From an uncultured Candidatus Saccharibacteria bacterium (lineage in GTDB: Bacteria > Patescibacteriota > Minisyncoccia > Phycocordibacterales > UBA9973), in contig CAZSFP010000001.1 of NCBI GenBank assembly GCA_964606285.1, positions 133,376-197,375 on the forward strand: 64,000 bases of DNA. The letters run 5' to 3'. A model generated the notes under the pieces. The model was not told the DNA's origin, did not search any database, and saw nothing but the letters and a program-made list of their open reading frames with translations. The stretch's first letter is position 1; each line of letters starts with the position of its first letter. Below, one piece after another: positions 39,391 to 48,617 of the stretch. Position numbers and translations under genes: made by a program.

Positions 39391-39670
39391 ACCATGAATG
39401 AATAAATTCACAGAACGATTTGCCGTATGGAGAAACGACATGTTTTACTGTTCGCCCGACATAATTTTTATTGAGTAATCCTGCCTGCACAAGACGTCGT
39501 GTATGTTCAGATAATGTCTTCATATTGCAGTTAAGTTGTTCTGAGAGATTTTCAAGTGTCACTCCTTGCTGTTTGTATACAAGTAACAATATAGAAATCC
39601 GCCAATGATTGGCGACACCTTTGAAATGTCGTTCGAATTGCTTTGCAATTTTTACCGTATCTTTTTTCAT
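39389..39670 (-). CDS. ArsR-like winged-helix regulator
   Basis: FKGVANHWRISIL, TLSEHTRRLVQAGLL. Start at MKKDT. Confidence 0.85.
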   Translation of the reverse strand: MKKDTVKIAKQFERHFKGVANHWRISILLLVYKQQGVTLENLSEQLNCNMKTLSEHTRRLVQAGLLNKNYVGRTVKHVVSPYGKSFCEFIHSW

Positions 39671-39683
39671 ACTTCCAATATAC

Positions 39684-39717
39684 AACATTCCAATATTCTT
39701 GAGAATGTTGGAATGTT
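39684..39717. repeat. ACATTC-based palindrome (copy 2)
   Basis: AACATTCCAATATTCT-tg-AGAATGTTGGAATGTT, 1 mismatch, upstream of the ArsR-like gene. Confidence 0.9.
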
Positions 39718-39734
39718 AATTGTATAGAGAGAAA

Positions 39735-39980
39735 TTATGAGACAGTGGAATCGGAAGGAGAAGAAGATTCAGGAGATGGAGCTGAATGAGATACCGGATG
39801 ATCAGGGATGACAAAGATCGCGATGATGTAAGTCAAGACACCAGGAACCAAGCCTGTAGCCAGGACAAAAAAGATAAAGATGATCCGCAGTAAAACTGGG
39901 TCAATATCAAAGTATTCCCCCAATCCACCCAGTATTCCCTGCCACACTCTGTTCGTTTTGCTTTTGTATAGTTTTTTCAT
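39735..39980 (-). CDS. PspC domain protein
   Basis: KKLYKS..NR...G..GGLGEYFDIDP..LR. Confidence 0.92.
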   Translation of the reverse strand: MKKLYKSKTNRVWQGILGGLGEYFDIDPVLLRIIFIFFVLATGLVPGVLTYIIAIFVIPDHPVSHSAPSPESSSPSDSTVS

Positions 39981-40039
39981 ATATCTATAGTATATCAAAT
40001 TTTACGATATTTTGAGTAAGCCCCAGAAAACAGCCCTGA

Positions 40040-40561
40040 TTAGAGTTTGCGAGAATCATATGCCCAATGAAGCAGTGCTTGTCGTTGGCGAGGACGGCAG
40101 TGTATATCGCCCGGTCGGCAGTGCGCCACGATTTGTCCGATATGGCGACGCATTGCCTTCCATCGCTTGATTTGTTTGCTGTCTTCTGCGGGAATTCTGC
40201 GACCCATATAATACCTGCAGTACCACTCGAACCATCCGCGAGGATCTTCTTTTGATATCCATCCTTTTGCTCGCCACACGGAAAGCGGTTGTGATGCATT
40301 CACACCAAAATAATTCAATTCTGCGAGATGTTTTGTTATACCCTTTGGTGCAAATTTTGCACGCGTAAACCAATCTGCAGGAAATTCCTTGACGCAATCA
40401 CGCATATAGACACCGCCGAACACTCCCAGTGCGAGCAGCTGCTTTGGAGTGAGATCAGGCTTGAATTCTGGATCAAACTGTTTCCCTATCGGTGCAACGC
40501 ATTCGTACCGATACCCTTTTTGCATTTTATTGTTGACGCGAATAATTCGTTTTGATGTCAT
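40040..40561 (-). CDS. Conserved hypothetical protein
   Basis: F.P.LTP...L.LGVFGG.Y, DPRGWF.WYCRY..GRR..ED..QI.RW, RQ.LLHWAY. Start at MTSKR. Confidence 0.8.
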   Translation of the reverse strand: MTSKRIIRVNNKMQKGYRYECVAPIGKQFDPEFKPDLTPKQLLALGVFGGVYMRDCVKEFPADWFTRAKFAPKGITKHLAELNYFGVNASQPLSVWRAKGWISKEDPRGWFEWYCRYYMGRRIPAEDSKQIKRWKAMRRHIGQIVAHCRPGDIHCRPRQRQALLHWAYDSRKL

Positions 40562-40599
40562 AAAAATAATTTTCAATATATCAATCCTTAAAAGAAACT

Positions 40600-40998
40600 C
40601 TAAAGATTTAAATATGTAATAGACAACTGGAGGACTGTCGCAAATGATACCCATCCAAGGTATGGGATATTTGCATACACGATCCAGTGTGCATGGGGCC
40701 ATATAGCAATCAGTGCCCAGATGAGCGTGCCGAGTACGAGGAGAATATCAATAGCAGCCAATAGATTGTTTTGAAGTCCAAACTGGAGTGGAGTGAAAGC
40801 AAAGTTGAAGATGAGATTGAGTACGAACGGCAATGCCACTATCCACGGAATCTGCTTTGTAAAAACTTTGTAAAATACTGTACCGAACGATAGCGCAATA
40901 ATCACATACAGTACCGTCCACACCGGCCCAAAAAGCCACGAAGGTGGTGCCCATGTCGGCTTGATAAGTTATGAGTACCAGTTGTATGTATTGTTCAT
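40600..40998 (-). pseudogene. tspO: TspO/MBR family gene with premature TAA at codon 10
   Basis: [30 protein letters not shown]...PYLGWVSFA..L; stop at 40969-40971. Confidence 0.85.
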
Positions 40999-41016
40999 AA
41001 ATATAATTTTATTTTA

Positions 41017-41445
41017 TTATCCTAGTAAAAACACAAACGACAAGAGAAGTCCCCACCAAGAAAGAAACGATGTGATGAAAGAAAACACGATTTTAGTTTG
41101 GAGATTTTGAGGAAGGAGCTCTGTCGGACGATTTTCACGTTCACGACGAATAAGTTCTGGACTCACGACAAATGAGAGAAAACATCCGTTCAGAATCATG
41201 ATTCCCATAACCACAAATTTCCAGAGAGCGATATGCATACCTGATGCAGCGAGAAGTATATGTCCTACTATGACAAGCAGCATTCCAATCCAGATAAGCG
41301 GTTTGGTAACCTTGTGTGTACGGATCGTTGCCTCGGTCCAGTATCCAGACTTGCGACCCAAAAATCCATGGAGATCAATAACGGTCACCGCCCCAAGTCC
41401 GATCACAAATCCTGCCATTGTTAAAAAAATTGAAAGTGTGTGCAT
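41017..41445 (-). CDS. Hypothetical membrane protein
   Basis: Four TM segments. Confidence 0.8.
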   Translation of the reverse strand: MHTLSIFLTMAGFVIGLGAVTVIDLHGFLGRKSGYWTEATIRTHKVTKPLIWIGMLLVIVGHILLAASGMHIALWKFVVMGIMILNGCFLSFVVSPELIRRERENRPTELLPQNLQTKIVFSFITSFLSWWGLLLSFVFLLG

Positions 41446-41515
41446 AGATCACTAATTATATAAGAATGATTATATTGTAACAGAAAAATGAAAAGAAATA
41501 GTATGCTTATTGTTG

Positions 41516-41545
41516 TATTTACCTATTCGCGCGAATAGGTAAATA
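41516..41545. repeat. 30-bp perfect palindrome (TATTCGCGCGAATA family)
   Basis: TATTTACCTATTCGC|GCGAATAGGTAAATA. Confidence 0.9.
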
Positions 41546-41556
41546 GACACACCATC

Positions 41557-41595
41557 ATAATAACATTCTCATATTCTCAAGAATGTTGGAATATT
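41557..41595. repeat. ACATTC-based palindrome (orphan copy 3)
   Basis: 36/39 identical to 39352-39390. Confidence 0.88.
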
Positions 41596-41604
41596 TTTGT
41601 GGAT

Positions 41605-42522
41605 CTAACGGTAGGAAAGTTCTTTTTCGACACCGGCGGCAAAAGATCCGACGTTCGGGAGGCGGTCCTGGAGGAAGTACAATCCTTCGTTGAGTAATGT
41701 CAGATCTTTCCAGTGAATGATATCTTCTTTTGTTTTAAATTGAGAGAGAATACTTTTGCGATACCCAGAAATGTATTCAGTCCGTTCACTTGGTGACATG
41801 GTTCCTATCGCACCGATACTGAATTGCATAAATGGATCTGTCCGCATCAACGACACGACGTCGTCATCAGAAATTTCAGGAAAATGACTCACGTCGATCG
41901 ATGCACCAAAATCCACGAACCGCACGTCGCCGTCCGGTGTGAGAATGACATGGGATTTGCCAAAATCATTGGTTAACAACTGGTCATTGACCAAGATATT
42001 TTTTTCATGCAGTGCCTTGAGTGCTTTTCCAAATTTCTGTCCCAAGTCTTCCATAAACGCTGGTGTACAGATATCGGCTTCGAGATTGAGGAGCGGCGTG
42101 CCATCGACAAACTGTTCGTGCATCATGCCTTCCGGCGCCTTGTACTGCTCCGGTCCGATCCCCATGTCCGCCGCCGTCTGTGCAATAGATTTTTCCGCAA
42201 TTGATTCGAGTGGCTTGATGATCCGACTCTCATGTTCAAAAGACGCCTTGATGCCCGAACCGCGAGTCGGTGCCGACAATTTCGTTATCAACGGTTTCCC
42301 TTCCGGCATATCTGGCGCCTGTCGAATTCTTGATTCTAAATGTAAATACGAAAGATATGCGGCATATTCTTTGGGATATGTCGCCTTCAATTCTTCTGTG
42401 CTCATCGCAAGTAATGCTTCACGAACCGATTCGGACTGGATTCTCCCCTTGAAAAAATGCTCCGATCGGCCGAGTTGAGCATCCAATTCCTCCGGTGTTT
42501 TCGATTTTCCAAATGATTCCAT
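41605..42522 (-). CDS. Atypical protein-kinase-like fold protein
   Basis: IIK..E, GIGP, EQFVDG, L..LH...ILVND, VRFVDFG. Confidence 0.65.
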   Translation of the reverse strand: MESFGKSKTPEELDAQLGRSEHFFKGRIQSESVREALLAMSTEELKATYPKEYAAYLSYLHLESRIRQAPDMPEGKPLITKLSAPTRGSGIKASFEHESRIIKPLESIAEKSIAQTAADMGIGPEQYKAPEGMMHEQFVDGTPLLNLEADICTPAFMEDLGQKFGKALKALHEKNILVNDQLLTNDFGKSHVILTPDGDVRFVDFGASIDVSHFPEISDDDVVSLMRTDPFMQFSIGAIGTMSPSERTEYISGYRKSILSQFKTKEDIIHWKDLTLLNEGLYFLQDRLPNVGSFAAGVEKELSYR

Positions 42523-42638
42523 AAGATTAGTATATCACTATCTTGATTCATCAAATATCCAATTTATGCATCTTTGCATGTGGTCATGAATTATTCACAT
42601 TTCCACAAGGACGGTCCTTGCGAACCACTTAATTGAAA

Positions 42639-42968
42639 TTAACCTGTATATTTCCCAGGCTTCAAATAGAATGTTATCCTACTGATACGCTCATTCTTTT
42701 TTAAGAATCCTAGTTTTGAAAAAACTCCAGTACCTAATCCTAAAACTTTTATACCTGCACCCACAGAACCATTAGAAGAGTCTTCAACGGTTACTGCAAT
42801 ATCAAATATTATTTTACCAGCATCACCGTTATATGGTCCCATTTGAAAATGTGCTTCTTTATCTAAACCTAGAGTACCGCCTTCAATTTTTGCAATTTCT
42901 TCATTTGCTGACCTTACTCCATTCCTTATGTCTAACAGTGATTGTTTTATAAATTCATCTAGTTTCAT
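42639..42968 (-). CDS. Trypco2-like small protein
   Basis: MKLDEFIKQSL.DI..GV..AN, I.FDIAVTV, G.GIKV, SRITF. Confidence 0.6.
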   Translation of the reverse strand: MKLDEFIKQSLLDIRNGVRSANEEIAKIEGGTLGLDKEAHFQMGPYNGDAGKIIFDIAVTVEDSSNGSVGAGIKVLGLGTGVFSKLGFLKKNERISRITFYLKPGKYTG

Positions 42969-43070
42969 ATTATTTATCTAAATACTTTTAATTATTCCAA
43001 AGTTTAGTGATTGTTTCTTTGATTTTTTGATCGTGTTCACAAGCACAGTTATTGCTAATCCGCTTGCGAA

Positions 43071-44123
43071 TCATGGAGATAGTCTCATTGACGTTAATCC
43101 ACCATTCTTACAGTTATCACATAATCCATTATCAGCAAAGACGGATGTTGGGCTATATACATAAGCTCTCAGACAATTCCTACAAGATCTTGCTGAAATT
43201 GATATAGGATTTACAGTTTGAAATGATTCGGACAATCTAATATCTGTATTCATGATCGAATTCCTTAAATCTGTAGTTTTTAGTACTGCAGGAGAATTAT
43301 TAAGGATAATGGGGTTCGCAGATTGTAATGAAACCAATGCGTTCTCATAATCTACACTGAAAACCCCTGAGGATTGATTCCTCTTCTCTTCAAATTGCTC
43401 AATGGTTTGTTTTTTGTATCCAGCAGAGAAATTCTTATTTAACATTTTCAGTGGATCGAAGTAATAACTAACATCTTTGAATAAAGTCTGAATACTAGTT
43501 GCTAGAATTAAATCATCTCGATTTTTAATCTTTGGATTTTCGGTAAAATCAAAAATATTACCGGTACTAAAAAATAATTCATAATCTTTTTTGTTTTCCA
43601 AGTATTTAACGACCGAAGCAATAATCAAACAGTCTGGCTGTATGTTTTCGTAATTTTTTTTCTCACCCGTAGATTTCTTATAAGGCTTACTTCCTTTTAG
43701 GAACATACAGTAGGCCTGAGTTAAAGCTTCAGGAGTTAGCCTTAAATCATCTCGGATAGTATTAGGGTGTTCAAAAATACTTCTAACATCTTTTTTAATT
43801 TTTTGAATCTCTTTTAAGGTAGTTTCCTTGCCTTGCTGAATTGATTTGGTTAAATTATCTTTAGCTTTTTTGCTTCCGATTGTATTGCTCTTTTGAATAA
43901 TTGTAACCAAATCATTCGCTTCATTATTTATCAACTCAATCTTTTCATTAAACTTTCTTTCAAATTCAAGTTCTATTATTTCCGGTAAAAGAAGTTTAAA
44001 TTTGTTTGCATTTAACAACTTGTTAATTTTTTCTAAAACATCATCACTATTAAATTCAAGATCTAAAAAACATAGGTGTATATAAATATTTGAGTCTATT
44101 AAAACAAATTTTTCTTTTTTCAT
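43071..44123 (-). CDS. PIN-domain protein (DUF4935-like) with C-terminal CxxC/CxxC
   Basis: LIDSNIY, LPEIIELE, KP, DCLI, STGN..DF; C-terminal CRNC...CDNC. Confidence 0.75.
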   Translation of the reverse strand: MKKEKFVLIDSNIYIHLCFLDLEFNSDDVLEKINKLLNANKFKLLLPEIIELEFERKFNEKIELINNEANDLVTIIQKSNTIGSKKAKDNLTKSIQQGKETTLKEIQKIKKDVRSIFEHPNTIRDDLRLTPEALTQAYCMFLKGSKPYKKSTGEKKNYENIQPDCLIIASVVKYLENKKDYELFFSTGNIFDFTENPKIKNRDDLILATSIQTLFKDVSYYFDPLKMLNKNFSAGYKKQTIEQFEEKRNQSSGVFSVDYENALVSLQSANPIILNNSPAVLKTTDLRNSIMNTDIRLSESFQTVNPISISARSCRNCLRAYVYSPTSVFADNGLCDNCKNGGLTSMRLSP

Positions 44124-44130
44124 ATATTAA

Positions 44131-46149
44131 TTATAGATCTTCTAAAACTCTTACTACGACTGCTTGGACGATCATTTCTTCATTCTCAGTAAACTTCATG
44201 GGCTGGTGTTTTGGATTTGTGGAGCAAGGCTTTAATACAACAACCCCATTTTCTCTATAATACTCTTTTATTGTAGCATCCTCGCCAATAAGTGCGACAA
44301 CTCTATTCCCTATTTCTGGATGATAATTTTTACGGCACAAGACGAGGTCTCCATCATTTATCCCTGCTTTATTCATGGAATCTCCAGTAGTACGAAGTAC
44401 AAAATATTTTGAACCTTTAGAAATATATTCTACTGGAACATCTATCATTTCCTGAACGGTAGAGTCCGCAAACATCAATTCCCCGCAACCAGCCGAATCA
44501 AAAAGCGGAAGCTTTACCATCTGGCCAGCATATGGAGACTTTATTATTTTTGAAGTAATTTCTTTTTTAATGGATGTAACTTCTTTATTTATTATTTCAT
44601 TAAAATAATCTCTCAAACCTTGATCAACGATATAAATATAAGTTCCTTTTATACCGCGAGTTAACAATGTTTTATAAATATTTATTACATATCTTTCAAG
44701 TTCATTTGGGTCAGTAATGCCATTTCTACCATTTATATCAAAATATTTCTCACGATCAACTTTAAATTTTTTATTTACAGGGTCATATGAAAACTCAGGT
44801 CCAATAATAACCCCAACATAGTTCAAATCATAACCTTGAACTGTATGTATACAACCAACTTCATTTATAGCATTGGGTGAATTAACCCAGTCTTGAGCAA
44901 CGGAATTCCAGACCAATTTCAAGTCACCTATTTCAATATCATAATCACGAGTTCCCTTTGCGGTGTGCCATGGCCACGCATAACCAGCAACAACGCGGGC
45001 CAATTTATGCTTTTTGTCTTTTTCTTTAATTTCACTAACCATTTGCTCTGCATTATCGAATATTTTAAAATCATAATTTGAGAAACTTGTATTTTGGGGT
45101 ATTTTTAAATCAAAAATGTCTTCAATAAATTTAATGTACTCTTCGCCTGCTTCAACACGCATCTGAGAATTCAATTCATATTTTTTAGCATTTAATTTTC
45201 TAAAATCTTCAGGACGAATATCAGCTGGTTTTATACTTTGATTTTCATCATAAAAGAAAATTTGGTTTTTTGACGACTTCATAATCCAATCAAGTTGTGT
45301 GCCATTATTATCCAAACCAAGTCCCCGACTTACATTATCAAAAGCTCCATAACCCATAATACCTTTTCGTCTTTGTAGTCTATGTGATTCATCAACAATC
45401 AATAAGTCATATTTATCTTTTACAACATCATTTGGACCAATAACCATATTTGATTTTAATCCTTTTATTTTAGAAAAAACTCTAGCAATTGTTTTTCTAA
45501 GTGAGGCCATTGGTACAACAAGACCAATATTCATATTTTTTGTTTCTTCCTGTTCTTTGAGGTATTTAAAAAGATATGTAGCTAAAATTGTTTTACCTGT
45601 ACCCGGTTTACCATTTACAATAAAAGTATTGTATTCATTCTTTTTTATATCCTTAAAAATCTGTCTAGCGACAGTAAACTGATCTTCTGTTAGAGACTTG
45701 TATGGTGAGTATTTAAATAAATCACTATTTTTTAAATCCTCGAGAGTATTTTTTACTAAACCCATCTGTCGTAAATTTTCCCAAGCTATTTCAAACTTTG
45801 CTTTGTACTTTACCTTGTCGTAATAATTATGATTCTTTAAACCCCCATTACTATTCTGTAAAATAAACTTTTCGTCAGCAGAAATATACTGAATTAACCA
45901 AGACTCGATATCAAAAGCGGCAGAAATGTTAAATTCTTCATCAGTAATAATATGAATTTCTTTTAACTTCGCTCTTTCCGGATTTTCATAATGTTGCTTA
46001 CTTCGAAAATAAGCGTTCACTGTTTGACCAATATAAACTTCCTTCTTGTCTTCTAAAATGTAAACAACAGGCCAATTTTTACCAAATTTAAAATTCTTAA
46101 TTTGATCAAAATCCTCTCTATTAAATGGAAAAGTTTTTATTTCAGACAT
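44131..46149 (-). CDS. GIY-YIG nuclease - DUF2075 helicase - S24 (LexA-type) peptidase fusion
   Basis: WPVVY..VYIGQT...R..QH; GKPGTGKT; IVDESH; GCIHTVQGYDL; LLTRG; C-terminal AGCG, GDSM and ATIK. Confidence 0.88.
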   Translation of the reverse strand: MSEIKTFPFNREDFDQIKNFKFGKNWPVVYILEDKKEVYIGQTVNAYFRSKQHYENPERAKLKEIHIITDEEFNISAAFDIESWLIQYISADEKFILQNSNGGLKNHNYYDKVKYKAKFEIAWENLRQMGLVKNTLEDLKNSDLFKYSPYKSLTEDQFTVARQIFKDIKKNEYNTFIVNGKPGTGKTILATYLFKYLKEQEETKNMNIGLVVPMASLRKTIARVFSKIKGLKSNMVIGPNDVVKDKYDLLIVDESHRLQRRKGIMGYGAFDNVSRGLGLDNNGTQLDWIMKSSKNQIFFYDENQSIKPADIRPEDFRKLNAKKYELNSQMRVEAGEEYIKFIEDIFDLKIPQNTSFSNYDFKIFDNAEQMVSEIKEKDKKHKLARVVAGYAWPWHTAKGTRDYDIEIGDLKLVWNSVAQDWVNSPNAINEVGCIHTVQGYDLNYVGVIIGPEFSYDPVNKKFKVDREKYFDINGRNGITDPNELERYVINIYKTLLTRGIKGTYIYIVDQGLRDYFNEIINKEVTSIKKEITSKIIKSPYAGQMVKLPLFDSAGCGELMFADSTVQEMIDVPVEYISKGSKYFVLRTTGDSMNKAGINDGDLVLCRKNYHPEIGNRVVALIGEDATIKEYYRENGVVVLKPCSTNPKHQPMKFTENEEMIVQAVVVRVLEDL

Positions 46150-46150
46150 T

Positions 46151-46489
46151 TTATAATTCAGTATACTTACTATGTTTATTTTTAGATTTTTTTACAGGAT
46201 ATTTTTTATTATTCTCTTTCATCTTTAAAATAAAAGCTTTTTCAAGATCAACATTTAAATCATTAGACATTAACAAAACCCAGTACAAAACATCAGCAAG
46301 TTCTTTTGCTATTTCTTTTTTATTTTTCTTTACATGAAGTTCCATTTCCTCCAGATTTTTCCATTGAAAATGTTCTAATACTTCTGAGGATTCTAAACAT
46401 AGAGAAATAGCAAGATCTTTTGGATTATGAAATTGCTTCCAATTACGAGCATTTCTAAATTTAACAATTTGTTCTGTAAGCTTTTTCAT
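46151..46489 (-). CDS. MazG-like nucleotide pyrophosphohydrolase
   Basis: FR..RNWKQFH.PKDLAISL.LESSE.LE.FQW, ELAD, KM..N.KKYP. Confidence 0.92.
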   Translation of the reverse strand: MKKLTEQIVKFRNARNWKQFHNPKDLAISLCLESSEVLEHFQWKNLEEMELHVKKNKKEIAKELADVLYWVLLMSNDLNVDLEKAFILKMKENNKKYPVKKSKNKHSKYTEL

Positions 46490-46510
46490 AATTTTATCTT
46501 AAAAGTTCAT

Positions 46511-47986
46511 TTACTCTCTCGGTTTCATTATTGGGAAAAAGATTGTATCACGGAGGTTTTTTTGTTCGGTAAAGATGGCAACGAGGCGGTCGATACCCAT
46601 ACCAAATCCCGTCATTGGTGGCATACCGTGCTCCATTGCCGTAAGAAAATCTTCATCGATCTCCATCGCCTCCGCATCCCCGCCCTCTTTCGCTTTCATT
46701 TGTTCCTCGAGAAGCATGCGCTGGACGAGCGGGTCAACGAGTTCGGCGTACTGATTCGTGATCTCGGCACCGCCGATGATGAGCTGGGCGACTTGTGCTG
46801 TTCCGTCTTCGTTTTGCTGGGCAAGCGGTTTCAAATCACCTGGGTAGTTGATGACAAATGTTGGATTGATAAGTTTCGGACGAGCAGTGTGTTTGTAGAT
46901 GAAATCAAGGAGATTTGCACGACTGGTTTTCGCGGCTTCTTTGGCGTCCATTCCATATTTTTGTGATTCTGTTTGCAATTCTTCGATCGTTGCTGTCGTC
47001 ATCTCAACCCCTGCATATTCACGGAGAAGATCGGCAAAGGTCTTGCGTTCCCAAACGCCATCAAAGTCGACAATAGTTCCCTGTCCTTCTTTGTCATAGA
47101 CAGTAAACGATGTCTTGCCGACGACATGTGTCGCCAAATATTTCAAAAGCTCTTCGGTCCACGCGATATTGTCTTCGAGGGTTTTGTACGCGGCATACCA
47201 TTCCATCATGGTAAATTCTTGGATATGGGTCGGATCGGATCCTTCGTTGCGGAAATTCTTGCCGATCTCGTAGACCGCAGGAAAACCGCCCGCCATGAGC
47301 ATCTTGTGCTCGATCTCAAGCGAGATACGAAGCTTCATGTCAATATCGAGATCGTTGTGATGCGTCAGAAACGGCTGTGCCATCGCACCACCGGCTTTGA
47401 GTTTCAATATTGGTGTTTCTATTTCGAGAAAACCGCGTTCATCAAAGAATCGGCGGATCTCAGAAACTATTTTTGAACGGAGTGTGAACCGATCAAAGAC
47501 TGTTTGATCAGAAAGGAGTTCGAGGTAGCGCTTGCGATACCGCTCATCGGTGTCTTGGAGTCCTGCCCATTTTTCCGGCAATGGCAACAATGCTTTCGTC
47601 GCCATCATCCATGAACGGACGAGGATACTTTGTTCACCACGCTGCGTGACAAACAGTGTGCCGGTGACTGATATAAAGTCGCCCATGTCGACAGTGTCGG
47701 TAAAGAGAGCGAAGGCTGATTCATCGATTTCGTCTTTTTTAAACACGGCTTGAAAACGGTCAGTACCATCAGAAAGCACAGCAAAAAGAATCGCGCCCTG
47801 GCCACGGAGGACCATAACACGACCAACGAGAGATATTTCTCGTTCGCCAAAACCGTCAAAACCTTTTTTTACTTCTTTGAGAGAATAATCACGAGGAACG
47901 GTTGCTGGATACGGATCCATGCCCGCCATGCGCAATCGTTCCAATTTTTCTACGCGAATCTGTTTGAGTTCTTCAAGTGATGCCAT
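46511..47986 (-). CDS. lysS: Lysine--tRNA ligase (class II)
   Basis: RYRKRYL, FLEIETP, YEIGKNFRNEG, GMPP..G.GMGIDRL. Confidence 0.98.
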   Translation of the reverse strand: MASLEELKQIRVEKLERLRMAGMDPYPATVPRDYSLKEVKKGFDGFGEREISLVGRVMVLRGQGAILFAVLSDGTDRFQAVFKKDEIDESAFALFTDTVDMGDFISVTGTLFVTQRGEQSILVRSWMMATKALLPLPEKWAGLQDTDERYRKRYLELLSDQTVFDRFTLRSKIVSEIRRFFDERGFLEIETPILKLKAGGAMAQPFLTHHNDLDIDMKLRISLEIEHKMLMAGGFPAVYEIGKNFRNEGSDPTHIQEFTMMEWYAAYKTLEDNIAWTEELLKYLATHVVGKTSFTVYDKEGQGTIVDFDGVWERKTFADLLREYAGVEMTTATIEELQTESQKYGMDAKEAAKTSRANLLDFIYKHTARPKLINPTFVINYPGDLKPLAQQNEDGTAQVAQLIIGGAEITNQYAELVDPLVQRMLLEEQMKAKEGGDAEAMEIDEDFLTAMEHGMPPMTGFGMGIDRLVAIFTEQKNLRDTIFFPIMKPRE

Positions 47987-48054
47987 TTGTCTATAGTAGC
48001 ATACGCCCAAGTATCTGTGAAAGATTAAGAATGTCTAATTTCTAATATCTAAAT

Positions 48055-48114
48055 CAACCTCACCTCAGTCCTCTCCTAGATTAGGAGAAGGTGCCTGAAA
48101 GGCGGATGAGGTTG
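48055..48114. repeat. REP-like double-hairpin element
   Basis: CAACCTCA...TCTCCTA-gat-TAGGAGA..GCC-tgaaa-GGC..TGAGGTTG, architecture similar to the 9401/11422 family. Confidence 0.6.
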
Positions 48115-48123
48115 AAATTCAGA

Positions 48124-48579
48124 TTATTCAATAGAAACAATAGTATATTCGATTGTTCCTGCTGGAGCGTGAACAGAGACAGTGTCTCCTTTCTTTTTCC
48201 CAAAGAGTGCAGCACCGAGCGGTGACTGGTTTGAGATCTTGCCTTGGATCATGTCCGCTTCTTCGGCACCGACGATCTTGTAGACTTTTTTATCACCTCC
48301 CTTTTTTGAAACAGTCACAGTAGTCCCAACTTCAACGAGATCTGCATGGTGTGATGTCACAACAGTAGAATTTTTCAAAATGTGTTCGATCTTTTGGATG
48401 CGATCTTCGAGCTTGCCCTGTTCATCGCGAGCTTCGTGGTATTCCGCGTTCTCAGACAAATCACCGAGTGACTTTGCGTACTCGAGTTTTGCCAACACTT
48501 CCTTGCGGTCAACACCGGCAAGACGTGCGAGTTCTTTTTCGAGTTCAATTTTCTTTTCTGCGGTGATATATTCCGTCAT
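48124..48579 (-). CDS. greA: Transcription elongation factor GreA
   Basis: GDLSENAEY, IVG..EAD, IS..SPLG.AL. Confidence 0.97.
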   Translation of the reverse strand: MTEYITAEKKIELEKELARLAGVDRKEVLAKLEYAKSLGDLSENAEYHEARDEQGKLEDRIQKIEHILKNSTVVTSHHADLVEVGTTVTVSKKGGDKKVYKIVGAEEADMIQGKISNQSPLGAALFGKKKGDTVSVHAPAGTIEYTIVSIE

Positions 48580-48617
48580 AGTTTGGGTATTCTAGCATTC
48601 TATGACCCAAAGTCAAT

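Noticed and set aside
40969-40971. Stop-codon reassignment
   Set aside because: TAA, TAG and TGA all terminate conserved genes normally in this window.
42600-46510. Prophage or integrative element
   Set aside because: No integrase, phage structural gene or flanking direct repeat found by eye.
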